Source: Octopus vulgaris
Lineage: Eukaryota
Length of the DNA stretch: 64,000 nucleotides
Direction of reading: 5' to 3'
Assembly: GCA_951406725.2 (NCBI GenBank)
Contig: OX597817.1
Span: forward strand, 125,798,001 to 125,862,000
Below the pieces are notes generated by a model. That model had not been told where the DNA came from and searched no databases. It saw nothing but the letters and a program-made list of their open reading frames with translations. The translations under genes were made by a program, and so were the position numbers. Positions 42,962 through 53,272 of this stretch are shown piece by piece (position 1 is the stretch's first letter; every line of letters begins with the position of its first letter).

Positions 42962-43039
42962 TACATGAATTCATGAGTATGTGTCGGATGTAAGGCAAAA
43001 ATCTAAATTAGTTTTAGAGTAACACTTGCCTTTCTTTTA

Positions 43040-43720
43040 CTGTTCTTGCTATACTTTTTCATGGCAGCCAGATAAGGAGTTTCAAAAAGAAGAAATGCAC
43101 CGTCACTGTGTTTCTGTCAAAAGAGGAGTTGTACGCGTTCCTTAATCCACATAAGGTACAGAGGTCTTCATGATATTTACGGAGATGATAACATTGAAAG
43201 AAGAGAAGTGGAAGTCATCCAGAAAAGAAGAAAGAAGGAGATAATGAAATCCGAATGATGACACGAATCATTGTCGATATGGAGAATTCCATCGTGCGGA
43301 CTGATGAATGACAATCCCTGAGCTTACCGCAGACTGAACATTAGTTACAAAACATTACAGAAGATAATGAAAGAATTTAGCATTTGTGTATAAAAAAATG
43401 TTTGCAAATTGGCTAATTCGACATTGCACACTTAGGTTTAAGAGTAGACATATGGATATCAACTCGGATCTAGTGAAAGCGTTTGAAACCTAAGAAGACA
43501 GGCCTTTCTCTCCCGACCTGATATCAGCTGATGAAACTGGAGCATTTACGTATGATGCAGTATCAAGGAATCCCAGTCCATTGAATAGCATCACACATCT
43601 TGAAGCCTTGAAACTCTTGAGCCAACCTTCAGCACAAAACATCATGCTTTGGACAACTTAAAGGACGTAATCATCGCTAATTTTCTACATCATTGCCGTA
43701 CCGTTAGCGCCCAGAGGTGC
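43040..43720 (+). mobile_element. Highly decayed mariner transposase
   Basis: KMFANWLIR (from V.ARWVP), ISADETG (ITGDETW), QPSAQNIML (QPSAGKVM). Confidence 0.55.
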
Positions 43721-44535
43721 GTCAGGAAACACAAATTAATTAGAGTAAACTCTAGAAGGTATTTTTACAACAAATTCTGAAAATCCAAAGCAAACACATA
43801 CATACACACACGTGTACATGTACAGATAAACACATGCACATAGGCCTACATATATAGACGCACACGTGTACACATAAACACATGCCCATAGACATACACA
43901 CACATACACGCATATGATGAGTATGCTGGCATACTACATACAATTAGCTGAAAATTTTATTCTTAGTCTTGAGAACAATTAACATATGAAGAACTAATTC
44001 CGCTCATACGAACAATTAGCCAATAATGAAATTTTGATCAATTGAAAAACATTAATTATATGATGTAGAGTGGAGTGATAATTTGGTTATAATCATGTAT
44101 TACATTGTTCTTTTCGGTGAAGCTTACACTAACAACGGATAGTAGATCATAGATAATGGAAGACTAGCATAGGAGCTTTGTAAATGAACACCAAGTAGTT
44201 TTAAAATTTTGTAGAATGTTTGGGGAAATTATCCAGAGACGCCTGCTAAATGAAACATGCATTAAGATCTGAAATTTAAGATGATGGAAGCTCGTCTCAG
44301 CCAATGTTAATTGCAAATATACGGCCGCATATTATAATGAACTAAATCGACGAACATTATTATGAATCGTCAAGTCCCCAGATACAGCTGTCTGATTATA
44401 ACACATTCTTCCCTCACCATTAATTTTATCTGTCGTTTGTACTCTATGCAGGTTCGACCTATTAAGATAATATGGATATATTTATATATAAAAATCCTTC
44501 ACCTGAAAGATTCCACATTTTTTCTCTCGTTTTGC

Positions 44536-44572
<37 letters not shown>

Positions 44573-44886
44573 CAAGATAAGGGCAGAAGAATAATTCTAA
44601 TGCCAGATACGCCGAAACAAAAAATTGTCGATAACCATTAAATTTATGCGTCTCGAAATAAACCGATAGATATCTCTAAAAAATTCGTTATTACCGTATT
44701 GGTCCAATTTCGGGGTTAATTCACAAGAAAATCTCTTGTGAATTAACCCCGAAATTGGACCAATACGGTAATAACGAATTTTTAGAGATATCTATCGGTT
44801 TATTTCGAGACGCATAAATTTAATGGTTATCGACAATTTTTGTTTCGGCGTATCTGGCATTAAATTTTTCTTCTGCCCTTATCTTG
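44573..44886. repeat. Near-perfect palindrome, ~155-bp arms, 5-nt loop
   Basis: 44573-44728 is the reverse complement of 44734-44886, apart from two homopolymer indels and a few outer mismatches; loop AAATC. Confidence 0.95.
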
Positions 44887-44981
44887 AAATTATGTATAAA
44901 TTTTACCTTTAAAGGCATTTTTTGATATGCTGGCCATTGATAAAAATTTTTTCTCGAAAAAAAAAAAAAAAATCCTATATC

Positions 44982-45029
<48 letters not shown>

Positions 45030-45186
45030 TTTATATTCGATGTGTTTAGCATATTTAATATATTTGATATTTCTAATTTGTTTATCCGCATAATTACCGC
45101 TCTCTGCCTCTCTGTCACTCTCTCCCTCCATATCTCTCTATATATACATGCATACATGCAGACAGACAAATGCACACACACACATA

Positions 45187-45364
45187 AGCAGTAGTGGCTA
45201 TAAGGTAAGAAGCTTGCCTCCCAACTGCATTGTTCCGGGGTTGGTGATGTGGGTTCAAGAGTCCAGGTTCACTCTCACTTGGGCAAGTGTCTTCTAGTAT
45301 AGACTCGAGCCAACCGAATCCTTGGCAGTGGATATGGTAGACGAAAACTGAAAGAAGCCCGTCG
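45187..45364 (+). mobile_element. SINE family A, 5' half
   Basis: GTGGCTATAAGGTAAGAAGCTTGC head, TTGGGCAAGTGTCTTCTA, AAACTGAAAGAAGCCCGTCG. Confidence 0.8.
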
Positions 45365-45546
45365 CATATGTATATATATTTATATATATACATACACTAA
45401 TGTATAATTATAAAGATATAATTATAGTGCAGGGTGGAGATAAACACCACCAAAATGCTAGAGATACACGCCAAATGGAGACTAAAACCACGTCTTGCAC
45501 TCCGTTAGTACAGGTTGAAACGGAGAGAATTTTTTTGAATTGGATG

Positions 45547-45603
45547 ATTATAAACGATTTCTAGCTTAGTGATATGAAGTAGCCCTGCCGTCTTCAGTAT
45601 AAT
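45547..45603 (-). ncRNA. Hammerhead motif copy 1 (cleavage-site base missing)
   Basis: AUUAUA-CUGAAGA-C-GGC...GCU-A-GAAA-UCGUU-UAUAAU. Confidence 0.55.
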
Positions 45604-46028
45604 ATACCTTATAGTACATACATGCAATAATTTATACATAACCTTATGAATACATATCCACACATATATTCACATGTGTATACGGGTTAATTCAAATTCA
45701 TTCACTTCAAGCACGTGCATTTACGACCAAAATAATACAGCAGTAAATATACATTGATCAGAGTAAATAATATATATTCATACTTAATCAGGGATAAAAA
45801 TCATTATAAAGATTTTATCTAGTTGCCCGCATGTAATAAAAAAACAATACTGGTAACAATTACTACAACTGTATAATTATATAGATATAATTATTGTAAA
45901 GGTTGCTGGGGGAAAATACCAACAGGCTAGAGATAAACGCCAAATGGCGCTAAAACCTCATCTTGCACTCCGTTAGCACAGGTTGAAAGCGAGAAAAGGA
46001 AGAAAGAAGATTTATTTTAAATAGCTTA

Positions 46029-46086
46029 ATTATAGATCGATTTCTAGCGTAGAGATATAAAATCCGTCTGCCGTCTTCAATATAAT
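46029..46086 (-). ncRNA. Hammerhead motif copy 2 (C3U core change)
   Basis: AUUAUA-UUGAAGA-C-GGC..GGAU(UUUAU)AUCU..GCU-A-GAAA-UCG-AUC-UAUAAU; starts 483 bp from copy 1. Confidence 0.55.
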
Positions 46087-46158
46087 ATACCCCATAGTAC
46101 ACAAATGCAAATATTTATACAAACCCAAACGAATAATACACATATCCGCACGTATATA

Positions 46159-46483
46159 CTAGAATTGAAAGGTGAAACTATAAAACTGAAACAATAAAAG
46201 TGAAACAATATTATATCACATTACACTAGAGATGTTATTGTTTCACTTTTGACACGTAATACGGAACCAGTCTAAGAAATTGCTCTGGGCTCGTATTAGG
46301 CAAGAAGTTGAAAAGTTTTTAACCCATGACAATCCATGGGCCGTAAGTAATGCATGTGTTAAACTTGAATGAAATAGGTTGGGTAGTTCTTAAATTTTAG
46401 TGATGCACACATACAGACAGATTAACAAACAGTTATATATATGTAGTTATATATATGTAGATTTACAGTTATATATATGTAGA
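46159..46483 (-). mobile_element. Non-autonomous Helitron-type element nested in the array
   Basis: Minus strand reads A|TC...CTAG|T (canonical Helitron ends and AT target); homologous to 63150-63380; the host unit resumes after it. Confidence 0.7.
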
Positions 46484-46636
46484 TTTACACGCATATACGA
46501 GTCAAATCTATTTTATTCAAGTCAAGCACGTCCATTTACGACTAAAACAATAGCTCAGAGAAGAGTAACTGATGGGAGAGTAACTGATGGGTGTAAGTAG
46601 TATATATTTATACATAATTAAGGATAAAATCATATC

Positions 46637-46693
46637 TTATACTGAAGAAGGCAGAGTGATTTTATATCTCTAATCAAAAAATCGATCTATAAT
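46637..46693 (+). ncRNA. Hammerhead motif copy 3 (GAAA mutated)
   Basis: UUAUA-CUGAAGA-A-GGC..AGAG.GAU(UUUAU)AUCUCU..AAAA-UCG-AUC-UAUAA; lies at the inversion junction. Confidence 0.5.
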
Positions 46694-46845
46694 TAACCGT
46701 TTCTTTTAAAAATTCTTCTTTATTCATTTTCTCGTTTTCAACCTTTGCTTAATGAGTACAAGATATAGATTTAGTTCCATTTGGCGTCAATCTCTAGCAT
46801 GTTGGTGTTGTTTGTCAGGATCCTTTATTCTAATTATATATTTTA

Positions 46846-46900
<55 letters not shown>

Positions 46901-46901
<1 letters not shown>

Positions 46902-47468
46902 ATAAGCTTAAAGCTTATATAAATGACTTAGCAAAATAGTCTAATAAACGGGCATATAAGTCCTCGACAGATAAAGAAGGCTTTCCTATCCGCGTGAGAG
47001 ATGAACCCACATCCCTTTGATAACGCGACCAATTGTGTTACCTTTATACGAGCGAATCAACTTCCCACTTTCTGTCAAATTTAAGAACTATATATTACTT
47101 CGTATTTGTTTTATGTTAACAAATTTTCTATATGCTTTCGGTGCAAATGTTTTTTTTTATTACGGCGCCGTGATTTACAATCCTGTAAATAATAGTAATG
47201 GTATTTTCATAGAAGCTTAAAGCTTATGGCGATTACCGTGCAATGACTAAGAAGATAATCTGATAAAGGGGCTTATAAGCCCTCGGCAGAAGAAAGAAGG
47301 CTTGTCGAGGGTGTATACGCCCCTTTATTAAACTTTTTTCCTTAGTCATTGGACTAAGTCATTGGACGGTGATCGCCATAAGCTTTACGCTTATATACAA
47401 ATACCATTACTATTCTTTACATGATTGTAAATAACATTACTATAATAAAAATACCATTCGCACTGAAA
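46901..47468. repeat. Nested repeat with a direct copy and a ~150-bp imperfect fold-back
   Basis: AAGCTTAAAGCTTAT...AATGACT...CCTCG.CAGA..AAGAAGGCTT at 46904 and 47214; 47136-47288 is inverted relative to 47303-47468. Confidence 0.8.
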
Positions 47469-47745
47469 TTATATCTTTATAATTATATATTTGATCAATT
47501 GTTACTTATAAACTGCCACTTGATAAAACCTTTATAATTGATTTATTCTTAATTATGTATAAATATATATTAGTTACTCCGATTAATTTACATTCACTGC
47601 GGAATTATTTTGGTCGTAAATGCACGTGGTTGCGGTAAATAAATTATAATTGACTCGTATATACCTATGAATATATATATACACGTGGATATGTATTATT
47701 CGTATTTGTATATATGGGCATTTGCATTTATATGCTATGCGATAT

Positions 47746-47803
47746 ATTATACTGAAGACGGATGAGAGATTTTATATCTCTAAGCTAGAAATCGTTCTAT
47801 AAT
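47746..47803 (+). ncRNA. Hammerhead motif copy 4 (intact core)
   Basis: AUUAUA-CUGAAGA-CGG..AGAGAU(UUUAU)AUCUCU..CUA-GAAA-UCG-UUC-UAUAAU. Confidence 0.65.
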
Positions 47804-48281
47804 TAACAATTAACACATTTTTAAAGTCTCATTTTTATTTTCTCACTTTTCACCTGTGCTAACGGAGTGCAAGACGTGGTTTTAGCGCCATTTGAAGTGT
47901 ATCTCTAGCATGTTGTTGTTTATCAGCACTCTTTACTATAATCATATCTTTATAATCATACATTAGTATTAATTGTTACCGATAAGGTTTTTTATAACAT
48001 GCTGCACACTGGATGAAATCCTTATAATGATTTATCTTTAATAAAATATAAATATATATAAATATATATAAAAAAAAAATATATATATATATATATATAT
48101 TATTTCCTCCCATCAAATGATATTCTCTCCGGTATTATTTTGGGCGTAAATGCACGTACTTAAGGTGAATAAATTAGATTTCACTAGTATGTAGGCGTGA
48201 ATACATGTATATATACGTGAGCATATGTATTATTGGTATGGGTATATATATAAATATTTGCATTTGTCTACAATGTGCTAT

Positions 48282-48339
48282 ATTATACTGAAGACAGCAA
48301 AAGGATTTTATATTTCTAAGCTAGAAATCGATATATAAT
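48282..48339 (+). ncRNA. Hammerhead motif copy 5 (intact core, palindromic stem III)
   Basis: AUUAUA-CUGAAGA-C-AGC...GCU-A-GAAA-UCG-AUA-UAUAAU; AUCGAU palindrome. Confidence 0.65.
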
Positions 48340-48564
48340 TAACATTAAAATATATCTTCTTTATTCATTTTCTCGCTTTCCAGCTTTGCTAACGGAGTGC
48401 AACACTTTACTATAATTATATCTTTTTAATCATGCATTAGCACTAATCGTTGCCTAATCGCTTATATTAAAGGCAATATGAAATTTCTAGGACATTGATA
48501 TAGAGGAAGGTAGTTTTACAGCTGTTAATTCATTAGGTGTTATAGGATATATATATATATATAT

Positions 48565-48990
48565 TGTATGTTTGTCTTTGTGTCTATGTTCGTATCCCAT
48601 TACCACATAAAAATCGGTATTGTTTTGAATATAGTAATAATATATTTCTATATCACTCAGAAAGATTTATGCAGTAGTTGCACGATAACGTGATAGTATG
48701 TTGTCAACTTAATGTGACAGTCCCATAAAAGGGAAGAATGTTACAATACCGTTATTTAGCCCTAAGAAACACCGTTTCCTGTTGAACTTGAAATATTTCC
48801 AGTGTCCTTAACATAAGGACAAAGAAAATGCGTCAAGTTCAAAAGGAAACGGTGTTTCCTAGGGCTAAATAACGGTATTGTTTTGTTTACAACCCCGAAA
48901 CCTAGCTTTTCTGCAACAGTGGCCGATAGAATAAGTACAAGTCTTCAAAAACAAGTCTTGTATTTAAATTGTTCGATTAAGAGTCAAATT
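48565..48990 (+). mobile_element. SINE family A 3' half, interrupted by a ~260-bp insertion
   Basis: TGTCTTTGTGTCT..G...CGGTATTG [insertion] TTTGTTTAC..CCCG.AAC.TAGC...CCGATAGAATAAGTAC. Confidence 0.7.
48743..48881. repeat. Fold-back with 49-bp arms and an inner 8-bp hairpin
   Basis: 48743-48791 vs 48833-48881 match at 47/49; inner TGTCCTTA-ACA-TAAGGACA at 48803-48821. Confidence 0.9.
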
Positions 48991-49380
48991 TCTAGAACAA
49001 GGAAGAGAAAATAGAAAAAGAATATACATATATGAGTTTGACGGAGTATATTATCTGGGCAGATAGCGTAAAAACTCTCAGTTCAGTTCCATCAGTTCCA
49101 GCTTTTGGCTAGCCACAACGATCAGCATCTAACATCTCTCACTACAATTAGTTGTTAGTCACTCCGTTAATTTTTGTGCTGCGTAACTCCCAGCAATCTT
49201 CACTGGGGCGGAAACACGTGTAGGTTACTATAATATGCTGTCTGTAACTATAAAATAAATTTTGTAGATGTACAAATCTCCATACTCTTTATTTGGTACT
49301 AAATTTAATATAAATATCATGTGATTGACCAAACTATGTATATATAAATACATATATATACATATATATGTATGTATACA

Positions 49381-49434
<54 letters not shown>

Positions 49435-49529
49435 TATAATATAATGTATGTATATATACATATATATAATATATATGTGTGTGCATGCGTATGTGTGTAT
49501 ATATATACATACATATACATGTATTTGTA

Positions 49530-49733
49530 TGTACCGCATGTGTACCGTTGGCGATTTCTTTTCCTCCGTCTTCCCTTCTTTGGATCTTTCCTTTTCCCAT
49601 GTTTCTGACGAAGAGCTTTGCTCGAAACATAAAACCCTGCTTCTTCCCTTCCTTCCTGAGCGTCCAATAATACTATATTTGTTCCACGACCTCGCGTTGT
49701 TGTGGTTTCTCTTGGTGTTTTCATCTTTGGATC

Positions 49734-49740
<7 letters not shown>
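49530..49740 (+). mobile_element. Penelope-like pseudo-LTR-type repeat in (TA)n
   Basis: Pyrimidine-rich tract, hammerhead motif, CCTGAGCGTCCAATAATAC block; homologous to 1545-1760; (TA)n on both sides. Confidence 0.6.
49601..49635 (+). ncRNA. Minimal type I hammerhead ribozyme motif
   Basis: GUUU-CUGACGA-A-GAGC(UUU)GCUC-GAAA-C-AUA-AAAC: canonical CUGANGA and GAAA core, stem I 4 bp, stem II 4 bp; ACAU probably CpG-decayed from ACGU. Confidence 0.7.
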
Positions 49741-49785
<45 letters not shown>

Positions 49786-50029
49786 CATATATATACATAC
49801 ATATATATATATATACACGTATACGCGTATATATATACATATATACATGTGGGGGGTGTCCATGTGTGTTTGTGTGTGTGTGTGTATAAGGAAAGTAGCT
49901 AGTTCTAAAATTTCTGTTAGAAATGTAAGCAGTAGTTATAATGAGAAGTAGCGTTTGTTGCAACTTCAATATGGCTGTTCCACACGAAACGACGTTATTT
50001 CTAACTTTTAACCCGAGGAAAACATCTGT

Positions 50030-51170
50030 TCTACCTCTTTATCGACACAACGTATGTGTGATATATTGCAAGTAGGGGAGCGAACCCATACCAGTTGTCC
50101 AGTATTAAGGAAGGGCAAATACCCTGAATTTTTTCAATGTTTTGGGGTCTTATCTGGAGCAGTATCTCCAGGTCAACACCGGGCCAGTTCTCTCTGGCAG
50201 TTCTTGTTGACTCTATCGTGACTGTATCAACCCCTTCACAATTATGCACCCCCAGAAGACACCAAATATTTAGACTTGGATCCTAGGAATGCGTACTCGT
50301 TCTGTACGTTTCCACATGTGCGGTGAGATACATAACGACTTTACTGGATTTGCAGGGGTGGCAGTCACTGAATGTTTCATAGCGAGAACCTCTGTCTTAA
50401 ACAGCACCGAATAGGTCCCGCATTGTTTGTCCCTTGTTGTGTATTCGATATCATTTCTCATGCACCTCATGTCATCTCAATATCTACTTAGAATATGGAA
50501 GCCGTACTTTTCGTGTCTGCTGAAATACATCTGAAAAGCACCGTTTTTTCCTCTACTGCTTCAATTGCCTTTGACGGAAAAGTCAGATTGGCCCAAGTCT
50601 TCTCTTGTTTTGTTAGTTTCCATGCCTATGTTAGCATATGGTCCCTATTTGTGAGGTCCACGTTAATGCGTTGATTTTGTCTTCGCTGCTGCCGCTGCTG
50701 CTACGAGCGTGCCATTGTTATTGGTACTGTGCTCGTTCTTGTTGTTGCTGCTATCGTTGCTACTGCTGCTACCGTTATTGTTGTCGTCGTTGTTCTTATC
50801 GAGGTTGTTGGTATTGGTTTTGTTGTTGTTGCTGTCACTACTACTACTACTGTGGCTGCCGTCACTGTTATAATTTTGCTGTTGTTCTCGTTGCTATCGC
50901 TGTTGCTGTCTCCGCTACTGTTGTTCTTACTGTTAGGCGGACATTGTAACTAGACAGTCTTGCTTTCTCCTCCTCTTCTTCCTCTGTATTGCTGTCCGTA
51001 ACGGAGGGAAGGAGAGGAACGTCATCAGCTGTTACCATATTCGTAGGAGGGGTTTCATTTTTCTCAACTCTTTCAAGACGCGCTCCGCTATTGTTGAGTT
51101 GTATTTCATTCAATTAAATTAAACGCCCACCGCAATTATTTGGTGGGGTGAACATGACGCCTCTAGGGGC
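50030..51170 (-). mobile_element. Tx1-type LINE ORF1 remnant
   Basis: SPHMWKRTERVRIP and RENWPGVDLEILLQIRPQNIEKI resemble the ORF1 remnant at 19600-19850 (FP..MGKRAVRITV, RENWV...LHVKAEQLEKV). Confidence 0.45.
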
Positions 51171-51418
51171 TAAACAACCATAAAAAACCAGTAAGAGGAC
51201 CCTGGTGTTTCTATTCTCAACGTGGAATAGAATAAATATTGCAATGCAACGCCAAACCTGGTGTAAATACTTATTTTAAACTGAACTTGATAGGAACGCT
51301 CGAAAACACATCCGATGTATTCCGCAGCAAATATAACAACAACAACAAAAACAACAACAGCAGCAGCAGCAGCAACAACAACTACAACAACAACAACAAT
51401 AATAATAATAATAATGAT

Positions 51419-51479
<61 letters not shown>

Positions 51480-51825
51480 GCTGATGACAACGTGTCTCTA
51501 AAAGAAATGGAGAAACTCTCAAAATACAAAGACCTGGACATAGAGGTAACTAGAATGTGGAATCTGAAAACAGAAACAATTCCTATCATAGTAGGTGCAT
51601 TAGGCATGATAAAAAAATATTCAGACAAATACATAACAAAAACACCAGGACTTACAAACACATATAACATACAGAAAATTGCACTACTAGGCACTGCACA
51701 CATCCTACGCAGAACACTTTCCATACAATAACCATCAGAGCATCACAACAAATCACAGCACATACCCAAGGCACACAGAGCTGTGCTCGGTAGTGAAGTG
51801 AAAGCACGCTGTAAAAATAAAACTA

Positions 51826-51828
<3 letters not shown>
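51480..51828 (+). mobile_element. R4/Dong-type LINE 3' end (same subfamily as 28041-29058)
   Basis: Near-identical to ~28710-29057 (DDNVSLKEMEKLSKYKDL...LSIQ plus 3' UTR); (AAT)n flanks. Confidence 0.92.
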
Positions 51829-51898
<70 letters not shown>

Positions 51899-51899
<1 letters not shown>

Positions 51900-52732
51900 G
51901 GAAGACACCGGGGACGTTTAAGATGTAAGAAGGAAAATACAGAGCTCCGAAATCTATCCACAAACATCGAAAACAAGGACACCCTATGGAGCCAAAGATT
52001 TACTAACAAAGAATTGGACTATATCCGAGTAAGTAATACGAATTGAAATTTATTACTATTTTCGAAACGAAATGATGTATTTTGACTCGATATTATCTCC
52101 ACCTCTAACACAACACATGTAAACATGCGTGGAACAACACGATCATCCCCGACCTCAAACACCATGTACAAAGGAACTACGAAGAAATTAAATGCCACCG
52201 ATACTATTCAACCCAAGAATAACAATCGAGCGGTACGTACATTAAACCTACAACAAAAATTGTACGAAAAACTACACGTGCGAAATAATGTGACAACAGA
52301 AATAAACGGACCGGTACCCTACGAAAATGACGACCGTCAAAATAATGGGCCGGACGTTGTACCTCATGTCCCGCAATTAAAACCCAAAAGACGTAAATGG
52401 ACACGTGAGGAATACATTTCTATCTTACACGCATACTTCACAGCAATGCTCTACCCACAAAATGAAAATACAACAACACATACATATAAAATATGGAATG
52501 AAAATAATAGAGATATAGACTTGGATACAGCAATGAACCCTAATAAATTAGCTAACGTACGAAGACACATATAACATACAGAAAATTGCACTACTAGGCA
52601 CTGCACACATCCTACGCAGAACACTTTCCATACAATAACCATCAGAGCATCACAACAAATCACAGCACATACCCAAGGCACACAGAGCTGCGCTCGGTAG
52701 TGAAGTGAAAGCACGCTATAAAAATAAAACTA

Positions 52733-52735
<3 letters not shown>
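51899..52735 (+). mobile_element. Internally deleted R4/Dong-type element (5' UTR and ORF start fused to the 3' end)
   Basis: ORF 52125-52574 with RRKWTREEY joins the C-terminal NIQKIALLGTAHILRR and 3' UTR at ACACAT (52565-52570); (AAT)n on both sides. Confidence 0.85.
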
Positions 52736-52787
<52 letters not shown>

Positions 52788-52807
52788 GTAATAGTAATAA
52801 TAATAAC

Positions 52808-52868
<61 letters not shown>

Positions 52869-52888
52869 GTAATAGTAATAATAATAAC

Positions 52889-52965
<77 letters not shown>

Positions 52966-52970
52966 TAGTA

Positions 52971-53046
<76 letters not shown>

Positions 53047-53072
53047 GAAGAAGAAGAAGAAGAAGAAGAAGA
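52736..53072. repeat. Long (AAT)n array with periodic AGT/AAC interruptions, ending in (GAA)n
   Basis: Direct reading. Confidence 0.95.
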
Positions 53073-53272
53073 ATCTTGAATTTTATGGTAAAGATGAAAC
53101 TCAAGTCAGTTCCCTTGTTGATACGGTGTATACTTTCAGTTCGGACTGAGAAAGTGTGGTGTGTTAGTCTTGAAGAGAGGCAAAATCAAATGTATGGACG
53201 GGCTATCGATACCATCGGAGGGAGGTTTTGAAGCAGATGGAAGATATGGGCTATAAGTACTTGGGGATTATT
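53073..53272 (+). mobile_element. R4/Dong-type RT fragment
   Basis: LEFYGKDETQVSSLVDTVYTFSSD, KCGVLVLKRGK, GYKYLGI. Confidence 0.75.

Larger units (their letters stand above)
45395..48450. repeat. Head-to-head array of ~485-bp hammerhead-bearing units (Penelope pLTR / retrozyme-like)
   Basis: Unit blocks TGCTAACGGAGTGCAAGA, GTAAATGCACGT and ATTATACTGAAGA recur; minus-oriented at 45395-46633 and plus-oriented at 46634-48450; two nested insertions. Confidence 0.85.
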
